Origin: Verrucomicrobiia bacterium
GTDB taxonomy: Bacteria; Verrucomicrobiota; Verrucomicrobiia; Limisphaerales; JADLHS01
DNA: 64,000 bases
Assembly (NCBI GenBank): GCA_023953615.1
Contig: JAMLJH010000002.1
Coordinates: forward strand, 1,040,492-1,104,491
Reading direction: 5' to 3'
Of the stretch, positions 16,738-25,642 are shown piece after piece. The translations under genes were made by a program, and so were the position numbers. The notes below the pieces were generated by a model. That model made no database searches and was not told where the DNA came from. It saw only the letters and a program-made list of their open reading frames with translations. Numbering within the stretch: the stretch's first letter is position 1; the number at the start of each line of letters is the position of its first letter.

Positions 16738-16761
16738 AGTGCCAGCAAAAGTGCCAGCAGA
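16738..16761 (+). promoter_or_regulatory. Variant 12-mer doublet AGTGCCAGCAAA / AGTGCCAGCAGA, candidate arm-type sites of element 2
   Basis: Begins 47 bp after the att core, the same offset as 3219 relative to 3172. Confidence 0.45.
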
Positions 16762-16902
16762 TTTGTGACTCGGAATTACTCAACAACAACTCCGCGATCA
16801 CCCCGGCACGACTTGCTGAAACGCAATTGGCCGTGCGTTTGGTGTCATTGAGACACCTGCCCTTCGTCCTCGCTTGGCAGGCTCGAACAAAAAATTCGAG
16901 CC

Positions 16903-17556
16903 ATGAAAAACCGATTTCGCCTCTACCGCCGCAAGAAGGGCGGCATGTTCTACGCCCACGATTCCGAAACTGGCAAACAGGAGAGCCTCGGAACAAAAGA
17001 CCGCGCCGAAGCGACCACTCTGCTCAACGCCCGCAACGAATCGTTTCGCCAGCCTCAACTCAATCTCCACATTGCCAAAGCCTACCTGGCGGGGACGGAT
17101 TCCGGCGTCTCCACGCGGACCTGGCAGGACGCCCTGAACGCGATCATTGAAAACAAGGAGGGTTCGACCAAAGATCGCTGGGTTCGGGCGGCAAAGGAGC
17201 CGGCGCTCGACTTGATTCGCGGGAAGGTCATCCTTGAAACCCAAGCCGAGCAACTGCTCGCCTGCCTCAAGGCTGGCACGGTCAGCACCAACGTCCATTT
17301 GCGCAAGCTCCACAACTTCTGCCTCGCGATGAACTGGCTGCCGTGGCCGATCATTCCGAAGCGACTCTGGCCGGAAGTCCGCTTTCAACCCAAGCGCGCC
17401 ATCACGCTGGAGGAACATCAGCGGATCATTGAGCGAGAGAAGAACCCCGAGCGACAGAGCTTCTACGAACTCTGCTGGCATCTGGGCGGCTCGCAAACGG
17501 ACATCGCCAACCTCAAGGCCGAGGACGTTGACTGGCCCAACCGGACCATTCCATAA
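16903..17556 (+). pseudogene. Tyrosine integrase paralog, truncated after codon ~216 (no catalytic domain)
   Basis: Aligns colinearly with the integrase at 3386-4462, with about 35 differences in 217 residues by manual alignment. Homology stops near 17550. Confidence 0.8.
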
Positions 17557-18624
17557 TCAGTAGTAGTGGCCTTTGGTCTTGGCGATGAGTTCACGAACAG
17601 AGCGGTCGCCAGTGATGTCATCGCCGGGGCGACCGCGAGCGGAGCGAGGGGGAAGGCCAGAACCAGCGATGATGATCGCGCCGGCGCTGCCCTGGCCGGC
17701 GGCAGTCGAGAGCGTGCTCAGGATCGCCGCCATGCCGGTTGCACCCACGGTGGCGAGGGGCAGCCCGGTGGTGGAGGCGACGGCCGCCGCACCCGCCGTG
17801 GTGGCAGCGGTCTGGAGAAAACTGCCGACTGCACCAGAAATGAGCTGGCCGCCTGCGAGCGTGCCGTAGCTGATAACCTTCTGGATGACGACCGGTGCAG
17901 AAATGGTACTGAACACGATCCAAAAGGCCACGACCGCCACTCCAAACGTGGCTTGCAGGGAATAGAGCGTGGCGGTTGGGTCAATGAATTTGAAAGCCGG
18001 GTCGGTCATGAAATCGAGAATGCCCTGGGTGATGAGCGCCGCGACGGCCCAGCCGAGCGGCCAGAGCAGCACGCCAACGATGTGCATCAGGTAGCGGCTG
18101 CCGATCGACCGCAGCGGGCGAATGGCCATAAAGCCAATCATTAGGGGCGAGAGCGCGTAGGCGGTGAACAGGATGAACTTCTGAATGATGTAGGCCCAGA
18201 ACAGCAGCAGCGACGCGAACTGACCAAAGAGCCAGAGAAAGCCAGAGATGAGAAGTTCAACGGTAAAACTGTTGAGGTCGCTCAAAATATCCCACCAAGA
18301 ACGGTCAGTCCCGGTATCACGCTTGATGATGAGCAACTGATTGTATTGGTCTTGAACGTTCGACGGATCAACGCCCAAGCCGTCGAGAATGGAGGTTTGC
18401 AGGAGTTGTTGGGCCTGATTGCCCCATTGCGGCAGCATTACCAGCAGGGCGGTCAACACGAACAAGCGCACGATGTGCAAGATGAGCGTCTTTCCGTTGA
18501 AGCCGTGGACGACCAAAAGGATCGTCCCGACGATGAACAACATGAACGCCACGATGCGCAGCAATTCGTGCAGTTCGACGCACTTTTGCAGGAACGTCGG
18601 GAAGAGTTGTTCAAAGGTTGCCAT
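17557..18624 (-). CDS. trbL: TrbL/VirB6-family type IV secretion inner-membrane protein
   Basis: 355 aa with multiple TM segments and a Gly/Ala-rich tail, located downstream of a TrbJ-like gene as in P-type T4SS operons. Confidence 0.65.
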   Translation of the reverse strand: MATFEQLFPTFLQKCVELHELLRIVAFMLFIVGTILLVVHGFNGKTLILHIVRLFVLTALLVMLPQWGNQAQQLLQTSILDGLGVDPSNVQDQYNQLLIIKRDTGTDRSWWDILSDLNSFTVELLISGFLWLFGQFASLLLFWAYIIQKFILFTAYALSPLMIGFMAIRPLRSIGSRYLMHIVGVLLWPLGWAVAALITQGILDFMTDPAFKFIDPTATLYSLQATFGVAVVAFWIVFSTISAPVVIQKVISYGTLAGGQLISGAVGSFLQTAATTAGAAAVASTTGLPLATVGATGMAAILSTLSTAAGQGSAGAIIIAGSGLPPRSARGRPGDDITGDRSVRELIAKTKGHYY

Positions 18625-18648
18625 AGTCGGGACGATTTGAGGGGGCGG

Positions 18649-19449
18649 TTACTGGGTTGGGAATGCGGTGGGCGCATTCACCAGGCGGAAGGTCTGCCCG
18701 TATTTCTGCACCGCCTCGGTGAACTCGGCGTGCTGTTGCTCTTTCTTCGCCTCGATCTGGCGCTGCGCCTCGTTGCGATTGGCCACGTCCTGAACCAGCG
18801 CCGACGCGGTGGCCTGATTGATTTCGTAGTCCGTGTTGTTGAGCGCTGACGACAGGCCGATGAGAACGCCGGTCAACTTCTGCACCTCCGCGTCGGTGGT
18901 GGCGTTCTTGAGCGCTGTAGTGGTCCGGGCAATTTCCTCCTTCAGCGCAACACGCCTGGCGGTGGCGTCTGTAGTGACAGACAAAAAGTTGTCCGTCGTC
19001 TTCTGCACGGCCGCGACCGGCAGATACGGCGATTCGCGGCGGGTGACGGTTGCTCCGTTCGGAGTGGTAAACGTCGTGCCGATGCTGCTGAACAGGCCGT
19101 TGGCGTCATAGAGCATGGCCTGGCCCGCATCCGCAGCCCCTTCGAGCGCCGTGAGCGTCTGGCCGAGTTCAGTCTTCCGCAAATCGGTGACCAGCGGTTG
19201 AACCGTTGTGAGAAGGACGGCTTTGGGATCGCCGAACAGGCTCTCGTAGTGCTTGAACTCGTTCAGTTGGTCGTTGAGCGTCTGGATCTGCTGGACCTGG
19301 TTTTGAATGACCTTCACGAATTGCGCGATTTCCTGCGCGGTGTTCATGATGGATTGCATCTGCGCGGTGGGGTCAAAGACCACCCATTGCGCGCGGGCCG
19401 ATACCGTGACGCCGAGCGTCACGAGGGTGAGTGCGATGAGTCTCTTCAT
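18649..19449 (-). CDS. trbJ: TrbJ/VirB5-like conjugal transfer protein
   Basis: Signal peptide, then QWVVFDPTAQMQSIMNTAQEIAQ...QIQTLNDQL, as in TrbJ N-termini. Coiled-coil rich. Confidence 0.6.
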   Translation of the reverse strand: MKRLIALTLVTLGVTVSARAQWVVFDPTAQMQSIMNTAQEIAQFVKVIQNQVQQIQTLNDQLNEFKHYESLFGDPKAVLLTTVQPLVTDLRKTELGQTLTALEGAADAGQAMLYDANGLFSSIGTTFTTPNGATVTRRESPYLPVAAVQKTTDNFLSVTTDATARRVALKEEIARTTTALKNATTDAEVQKLTGVLIGLSSALNNTDYEINQATASALVQDVANRNEAQRQIEAKKEQQHAEFTEAVQKYGQTFRLVNAPTAFPTQ

Positions 19450-19894
19450 GGTGTGCCTTTCGTTGTCGTTTGCTGGACGGCGGCGACACGCCGCCAATCA
19501 CGAGAGAGGGTTTACCACGGAGGAAGGAAGGTGCGGTGTATCACCTGCACCACGTGCAGCGAAGTCCGTATGGCGGAAACCGAGACCGACACGAAAAGGT
19601 CCAGCAAGGGCTGCGCATTGGGAAACCGGTAGCCAACAGGTCAACTCAACACACGACTAATAATGCGTGCCTTGCTCGACCTAGTCCCGGTATTGCGCGC
19701 CACGTTGGCCTTTGGGGAATCGGCGGCGTGCGCAGCAGTGTTGTAGGCGATGATGCGGTCCTCCACGTCTCTCTTGTTCGGTAGGCAGTGGTTTTCCCAG
19801 GACGTGAAGTAGCTAAGCATCGCGCAGCCATACCAGCCAAGCATCGCCGCATTTCTTGACCTGGATCAAATCGCACGCGTCCGATCCAGTCCAT

Positions 19895-19916
19895 ATTGTG
19901 AACGTGTATTCACAAT
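19895..19916. promoter_or_regulatory. Palindrome ATTGTGAA-N6-TTCACAAT, candidate TetR operator
   Basis: Perfect 8-bp arms, ending 11 bp upstream of the tetR-like start codon. Confidence 0.5.
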
Positions 19917-19926
19917 ACGTAACGGG

Positions 19927-20520
19927 ATGAGAGCGAGAAAGACCAACACCGAAATCCGTCGGGAACAGATCGCGCAGGCGGCTTTGGGCGTCGTGGAGCA
20001 ACACGGCTTGCGCGGCTTGAATGTCGCGCGCGTCGCCAAGGCCGTCGGCGTGGTGGCGTCGGGCCTTTATCGGCATTACCCGGGCAAGGACGCCGTGTTG
20101 GACACAGTGCTCAATCTGATTGCCGCCCGCATGGAAGCCAACGTTGCGCACGCGCGGTCGAACAGCGGCAGCGCGTTGGACCGGCTTCACGGATTGCTGG
20201 TGCGCCACGTGGAACTCGTCCGCCGCAATTCCGCCATCCCGCGCGTGGTGTTCTCCGAGGAGCTGCTTCATGGCCGCGCCGCGCATCGCCGCCGGATGTT
20301 TGGCATCATTCGCGGTTACTTGCGGCAGGTGGAGGAACTCATTCGCGAGGGCCAGCGGGAGGGGTGCATCCGCGCCGGAGTCGATCCCGAACCGGCGTCC
20401 ATCTTGTTCCTTGGGCTGATCCAACCGTCGGTGGTTCTTTGGGCCATGAGCGACGGTGCGTTCGACCTTGGAGCGAATGCCGAGGCTGGCTGGAAACTAT
20501 TTGTCGAGGCTGTCGGTTGA
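19927..20520 (+). CDS. TetR/AcrR-family transcriptional regulator
   Basis: N-terminal HTH: IAQAALGVVEQHGLRGLNVARVAKAVGVVASGLYRHYPGKDAVL. Confidence 0.85.
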   Translation: MRARKTNTEIRREQIAQAALGVVEQHGLRGLNVARVAKAVGVVASGLYRHYPGKDAVLDTVLNLIAARMEANVAHARSNSGSALDRLHGLLVRHVELVRRNSAIPRVVFSEELLHGRAAHRRRMFGIIRGYLRQVEELIREGQREGCIRAGVDPEPASILFLGLIQPSVVLWAMSDGAFDLGANAEAGWKLFVEAVG

Positions 20521-20578
20521 ACGGCAAGGCCTCGCATCGACATGCAACCAAACACAAGAAAAGGACAACAAAGGAAAA

Positions 20579-21220
20579 ATGAAAACTAACATGAGCCGAC
20601 TCCTCGCCCTTGGAATCGTGTCTGCCGCCTGGCTGCTGGCCGCCGACCCGGCCTTTGCCCATTGCGACACGCTGGACGGACCGGTGGTCGCCGCGGCCAA
20701 AACCGCACTGGAGAAGAAGGACATCAGGCCCGTGCTGAAGTGGATAATATCCGAGCACGAGGCGGAGTTGATAACCGCCTTTGACCGGACGCTCACCGTG
20801 CGCACCCAAAGCAAAGAGGCGCGCGACCTCGCTGACCAGTTCTTTTTCGAAACGCTGGTTCGCGTGCATCGCGAAGGCGAGGGCGCGCCCTACACCGGAC
20901 TCAAGCCGGCCGGCACGAAGCTCGACCCGGCGGTCGAAGCCGCCGACCAGGCGCTGGACAGTGGCAAAGCCGACGCACTGATCAAGACCGTGACCGAAGA
21001 AGCCGCCGCCGGCATCCGCCAGCGATTCGCTGACGCGACCGAGAAGAAGAAGCACGCCGAGCACAACGTTGAAGCCGGACGCGAGTTCGTCGCCGCCTAC
21101 GTTGAGTTCGTCCACTACGTCGAGGCGCTGCACACGACCGCGACCCGGTCAGCGCAGCCACACGGGCACGCCGAAGCCGCCGGTCACCCGCCAAAGACCC
21201 CGCCCGCGCACAACCACTGA
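20579..21220 (+). CDS. Secreted protein with predicted mature N-terminus HCDTLDGPVV and a His-rich C-terminal tail (resembles the DUF6448-type family from memory)
   Basis: Signal peptide MKTNMSRLLALGIVSAAWLLAADPAFA|HCD. The tail is HGHAEAAGHPPKTPPAHNH. Confidence 0.55.
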   Translation: MKTNMSRLLALGIVSAAWLLAADPAFAHCDTLDGPVVAAAKTALEKKDIRPVLKWIISEHEAELITAFDRTLTVRTQSKEARDLADQFFFETLVRVHREGEGAPYTGLKPAGTKLDPAVEAADQALDSGKADALIKTVTEEAAAGIRQRFADATEKKKHAEHNVEAGREFVAAYVEFVHYVEALHTTATRSAQPHGHAEAAGHPPKTPPAHNH

Positions 21221-21237
21221 AACCAAGACAACACGCC

Positions 21238-22404
21238 ATGAATGCTTCCGGTTTCTCTGCCACGCTTGGCAAGTCAGCCAAGTGGCTGGTTCTCGTTCTC
21301 ATCGCGGTCGTCGTGGTTTACCGGATGAAGTTCGCGGCCGTGCCCGTGCAGATGTTTGAGATGAAACCGGGCGTCGTCACCGGCGAAGTCATGGGCACGG
21401 GCACGCTCGAAGCGCGGATCAAAACCACGATTAGCCCACGCCTACAGGAACGATTGGCCGAGGTGCTGGTGGACCAGAACGATTTCGTCAAAGCCGGGCA
21501 ACTGCTCGCGCGGCTGGATGACGGCGAGCTGAAGCGGCAAGTCGAAGTCGCTGCCGCCTCCCTGGCCAGCGCCAAGGCAACCGCTGAGCGTGTGCGGGTG
21601 GACGAAGCGCGCGCCCAGGCGGTGGAACAACAGGGGAGGCAGGAGCATAAACGCGTCTCGCAGTTGCTCGAGACCCAGGTTAGTTCGCAGGCGGAACTGG
21701 ACAAGGCGGTCGAACAACTGCGCGTCGCGGAAGCGGACTTGAAGCGTGCCCGCGCCGCCACGGTGGAGGCCGAACACCAGGTGATCACAGCGGATAAGAA
21801 CCTCGCCTACCAAACAGAGCGCTTCAGCTTCACGCGGATTGTCAGCCCCTACGATGGCCTGATCACCCGGCGCGACCGTGATGCCGGCGGGGTGGTCGTG
21901 CCGGGAAGTTCCCTGCTGCAGATCGTCTCAACCAACGAACTTTGGGTGGCGGCATGGGTGGACGAAACCGCAGCCACGGCGCTGGCCACCGGCCAGAACG
22001 CCCGCGTCGTATTCCGCTCCGAACCGGCACGCAATTATCCAGGCAAAGTCGTGCGGCTCGGACGCGAGACCGACCGCGAGACGCGCGAATTCCTCGTGGA
22101 CGTGCGCGTGCGGGAGCTTCCACTGAATTGGACCATTGGCCAGCGAGCCGAAGTGTTCATTGAAACCGGGCGCAAGTCCGACGTGCTCGCGTTGCCACAA
22201 CGTTTTCTTCAATGGCGACAGGCCAAACCCGGCGTGTTCGCCGCAACTTCCGGCAGGGCCGAGTGGCATGACGTGGCGCTTGGCCTGCGCGGGCGCGAGT
22301 CGGTGGAAATCACGCAAGGTCTGTTGGCCGGCGAAAAGGTGGTTGTGCCAGCCGATCCCAAACAGTCACCACTCAAGTCCGATCAGCGCGTAAAGGCAAA
22401 ATGA
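21238..22404 (+). CDS. HlyD/DevB-type periplasmic adaptor subunit of a tripartite efflux system
   Basis: N-terminal TM segment, a long coiled-coil hairpin (..LKRQVEVAAASLASAKATAERVRVDEARAQ..) and a beta-barrel C-terminal domain. Confidence 0.8.
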   Translation: MNASGFSATLGKSAKWLVLVLIAVVVVYRMKFAAVPVQMFEMKPGVVTGEVMGTGTLEARIKTTISPRLQERLAEVLVDQNDFVKAGQLLARLDDGELKRQVEVAAASLASAKATAERVRVDEARAQAVEQQGRQEHKRVSQLLETQVSSQAELDKAVEQLRVAEADLKRARAATVEAEHQVITADKNLAYQTERFSFTRIVSPYDGLITRRDRDAGGVVVPGSSLLQIVSTNELWVAAWVDETAATALATGQNARVVFRSEPARNYPGKVVRLGRETDRETREFLVDVRVRELPLNWTIGQRAEVFIETGRKSDVLALPQRFLQWRQAKPGVFAATSGRAEWHDVALGLRGRESVEITQGLLAGEKVVVPADPKQSPLKSDQRVKAK

Positions 22405-23612
22405 ACCTCGCCGCCAAGGACATTCGCCACAACCTCGGGCGCTTCGCGCTGACGGCTGTGGGCATCGGTCTGCTGCTGATGACCGTGCTGGGCATGAGCG
22501 GCATTTACCGGGGCATGATTGACGACGCGCTGGTGGTGGTGGACCGCATCGGCGCGGACTTGTGGGTGGTGCAACGCGGCACGCGCGGGCCGTTCGCCGA
22601 GATTTCCCGCGTGTCCGCCAATTTGGAACATCGATTGCGCGCCGTGCCGGGCGTGGCCGGCGCGCGGAGTTTTGTTTCACATAACGTCCAGCGCGAACAC
22701 CGGGGACAACCGTTGCGCATGAATGTCCACGGCCTGGCGTGGCCAGAGGATAACGGCGCATGGGTGACGCTGACCGCCGGCCGGCCTTTGGGGCAGGCGC
22801 ACTATGAAATGATTGCCGATGCCACCCTCGGGCTGGCGTTAGGCGAAAAGCTGGTCTTGGCCAAGGACACCTACACGGTGGTGGGGATCGCGAAAGGCAT
22901 GGTCTCGTCCGGCGGGGACGGCATCGCTTTCCTCACCACGCAGGACGCACTGGCGATTCAATTTGATCTCTCCGGCGAAGCAATCCGGCTGGAGCGCGCG
23001 GCGCGCGTCCAACGGGCCGTCGGGCAAGACATCGGACAAGTCCAACCGCTGCTGCTCGAACGCGGCGCGGGCCTGGCCTCCGGCATTCCCGCGCTCGGCC
23101 CGCCGATGGTCAGCGCCATTACTGTGCGACTGGCGGACGGTGTCGATCCCGCCGAGGTCGCGGCCACCATCGCCGCCTGGCCAGACGTGTCGGTTCACAC
23201 CCGCGATGGCCAGGAGCAACTGCTCGTGCATGGCATGATTGACAAAGCTCGGCGGCAGATCGGCCTGTTCCGCGCGCTGCTCGTCATCATTTCCACCATT
23301 ATCATGGCGCTGATCCTCTACACGCTCACGCTCGACAAGATTCACGACATCGCGATGCTCAAACTGATGGGCGCGCGCAACGCGATGATTGCCGGGCTTA
23401 TCCTGCAACAGGCGTTGTTGTTGGGCGCGCTGGGCTACAGCATCGCGTGGGCCGTGGGTGGCTGGGTGTTTCCCCGGTTTCCGCGCCGGGTATTGATCGC
23501 ACCGGAAGATCTATGGGGACTGGCCGTGGTGGTCGCCTTCATTTCCGTGCTCGCCAGCCTGCTGGGCATTTGGAAGGCCATGCGGGTTGAGCCAAACAAA
23601 GTGTTGTCATGA
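22401..23612 (+). CDS. ABC transporter permease, FtsX/MacB/DevC-like
   Basis: 403 aa with an N-terminal TM, a large periplasmic domain and three C-terminal TM segments. ATGA overlaps both neighbouring genes. Confidence 0.8.
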   Translation: MNLAAKDIRHNLGRFALTAVGIGLLLMTVLGMSGIYRGMIDDALVVVDRIGADLWVVQRGTRGPFAEISRVSANLEHRLRAVPGVAGARSFVSHNVQREHRGQPLRMNVHGLAWPEDNGAWVTLTAGRPLGQAHYEMIADATLGLALGEKLVLAKDTYTVVGIAKGMVSSGGDGIAFLTTQDALAIQFDLSGEAIRLERAARVQRAVGQDIGQVQPLLLERGAGLASGIPALGPPMVSAITVRLADGVDPAEVAATIAAWPDVSVHTRDGQEQLLVHGMIDKARRQIGLFRALLVIISTIIMALILYTLTLDKIHDIAMLKLMGARNAMIAGLILQQALLLGALGYSIAWAVGGWVFPRFPRRVLIAPEDLWGLAVVVAFISVLASLLGIWKAMRVEPNKVLS

Positions 23613-24319
23613 CCGCCGCTCCACATTCGCCTGCTGTCGAAGCTCTCGACCTCACGAAAATCTACGGCTCGGGCAACACCGAGGTCGTCGCGATGAAGGA
23701 TATTTCGCTCCGGTTGGCCCGTGGCGAGGTCGTCGCCTTGCTTGGCCCGAGTGGAGCGGGCAAATCCACCTTTCTCACCGCCATCGGCCTGATCAATCCG
23801 CCCACCTCCGGACGCATCATTCTCGGAGGCGAACCCGTGATGGACGGTCCGCGAGCACTGGTGGATGTGCGCGCCTTTCGGCGGCGGCATCTGGGGTTCG
23901 TCTTCCAGAAGGCAAATCTCATCCCGTTTCTCAGCGCGGTTGAGAACGTCGCAGTGGCTTTGGAGATCAACAACACGCCGCCCCGGCCCGCCCGAAGCCG
24001 CGCCATGGAATTACTCGACTATCTCGGCGTGGCCGACCGCGCGAACAATTTGCCGGACGCGCTTTCGGGCGGACAACAACAACGCGTCGCCGTGGCCCGC
24101 GCGCTCGCCAACCAGCCCAGCCTGATTCTTGCCGACGAGCCAACAGCGGCCCTCGACAGCCATCGCGGGCGGCAAGTGATGGAATTGTTCCGCAAAGTCG
24201 CCCACGAACGCGGCTCGGCGGTCATCGTCGTCACGCACGACCATCGCTCGCTGGACGTGTTCGATCGGACCTACGAGATGGAAGACGGAGAGCTGCGTCC
24301 GGCGGCCAACCACCAGTGA
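23609..24319 (+). CDS. ABC transporter ATP-binding protein (MacB/LolD/DevA-like)
   Basis: Walker A GPSGAGKST, signature LSGGQQQRVAVARAL, Walker B LILADEPT. Confidence 0.9.
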   Translation: MTAAPHSPAVEALDLTKIYGSGNTEVVAMKDISLRLARGEVVALLGPSGAGKSTFLTAIGLINPPTSGRIILGGEPVMDGPRALVDVRAFRRRHLGFVFQKANLIPFLSAVENVAVALEINNTPPRPARSRAMELLDYLGVADRANNLPDALSGGQQQRVAVARALANQPSLILADEPTAALDSHRGRQVMELFRKVAHERGSAVIVVTHDHRSLDVFDRTYEMEDGELRPAANHQ

Positions 24320-24443
24320 TCTAGCTGATGGAATCGCTGGTCATTCTGCTCGCGCACGAGGCTGAGGCCGTTGCCGGTCGCGATGTCTGTGGTGAGCGGC
24401 CCGAGCGTGTCGATCGGCGCTTCAGATTGAATGCTCAGTCGAA

Positions 24444-24869
24444 CTATTCCTCGATACGAAGAAACTTGGTCGAAGGCTGAAATGTCACTCCGTCAATGCG
24501 CTGTTCGGGCAGTTGCACCGGGTAAAGGCGGACGCTGCCGACCTGGTTGCGCTGGCGCTGCATGGAGACGTAGAGCCAATACTGCTGCTTGACCGCGTCA
24601 CTCTTCCCTTTGTCGTAGCCGGTGGCATAAGCCTTCTCGGCCTGCTTCCTGGCAGCGTAGTGGAGTGTCTCGCTGACGATGACGCCACCCGCCGCGCCAG
24701 CGGCGGTGATGAGCGGATCACCGTCGGAGAGTTCGTGGCCGAGATATGCGCCGCCCGCTCCGAGGGCCACGTCGCTGATGGGGCGTGTCGCTGAGCAACC
24801 GGCAATCAAGCCGGCGACCAGGGCGAGCAGGATGAGTCTGGATGCGTTGGTGATGAGTTTCGTTTTCAT
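24444..24869 (-). CDS. Lipoprotein with glycine-zipper segment, unknown function
   Basis: Lipobox LIAGC; GAGGAYLG...AAGAAGGVIV. Confidence 0.6.
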   Translation of the reverse strand: MKTKLITNASRLILLALVAGLIAGCSATRPISDVALGAGGAYLGHELSDGDPLITAAGAAGGVIVSETLHYAARKQAEKAYATGYDKGKSDAVKQQYWLYVSMQRQRNQVGSVRLYPVQLPEQRIDGVTFQPSTKFLRIEE

Positions 24870-24874
24870 ATCGG

Positions 24875-25627
24875 TCAGTGGTTTTTGGTGTTGCCGTCTT
24901 TGCGGCGGTTGGCGTGGAGAATGATTCCCTCAACGACACTGGGGCTCTGGCGAAGCTCGCGGGCGCGGCGGTCGAAATGTTCACCGCTCGAACTGGAGCA
25001 GTAGAGCATCTCGGGCGAGGCGACGTTGTGGACCGTGCCGCAGATGTTGCGCGCCGAGTCGGTGTGCAGGTATGTGAACGGCGAATACTTCTCGCCGGGC
25101 TGATGGTCGGGCAGCGGGTAGTTCATGATGGCGTGCTGCGTCACCTCGGGCAGCGCGATGTCCTTGCCCATGTCGTCCAGGTCGGCGCGGTCGTTCTGCC
25201 GCATGATGAAGAACTGGCGGCTGTTCCCGAAGACGGCGGAGCGGATGCGCGACTGCTTGAACCGCGCGTATTGCTGCACGATGGAGATGTTCCAGCAGTT
25301 GAATTTGCGAAGCCCGGCCACGTGTGCCGCTGCCGCCTTCGCGGACTCCTCCAGCTTCTTCTCAAGGTCGGGAGCATTCTCCAGGGGTATCTGAATGGTT
25401 TCCATCTCGCTCATTGAGCGCTTTTGGAACGCGAGAAGGCGACGGTGAGCGTTCTCAATGTCGGCAGAGTCCGCTTTCGCTTCACGAAGGGCATGAACCG
25501 CCTTCGCCATCCAGCCCGCTGCCCCCATATACGACGGCTGTGCGGCGTTTGCGAAACTCTCCGCCAGCTTGACGTAGGTATCGCAGTTACAATCCCTCAA
25601 CGGGAAGGTGGTTGAGCCGCGATCCAA
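24875..25627 (-). CDS. Hypothetical protein (non-ATG start in the track; possibly 5'-truncated)
   Basis: 250-aa ORF located 5 bp upstream of the lipoprotein gene, with no recognisable motif. The reading frame stays open upstream to 25684 without a better start. Confidence 0.45.
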   Translation of the reverse strand: MDRGSTTFPLRDCNCDTYVKLAESFANAAQPSYMGAAGWMAKAVHALREAKADSADIENAHRRLLAFQKRSMSEMETIQIPLENAPDLEKKLEESAKAAAAHVAGLRKFNCWNISIVQQYARFKQSRIRSAVFGNSRQFFIMRQNDRADLDDMGKDIALPEVTQHAIMNYPLPDHQPGEKYSPFTYLHTDSARNICGTVHNVASPEMLYCSSSSGEHFDRRARELRQSPSVVEGIILHANRRKDGNTKNH

Positions 25628-25642
25628 TGGAAGAAAAAGGCG

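Larger units (their letters stand above)
16667..25640 (+). mobile_element. Element 2: remnant of a second, related tRNA-Cys integrative/conjugative element; right boundary uncertain
   Basis: The att core is followed by a flank and integrase homologous to element 1. Also present: trbJ/trbL remnants, an accessory efflux module, and a head-to-head pair of N-terminally incomplete genes near 25630. Confidence 0.45.

Noticed and set aside
19450-19890. Possible trbE or oriT remnant upstream of trbJ.
   Set aside because: None of the three minus-strand frames gives a TrbE-like sequence or any motif I recognise. Only short hairpins (for example 19861-19889) are present, which is insufficient evidence.
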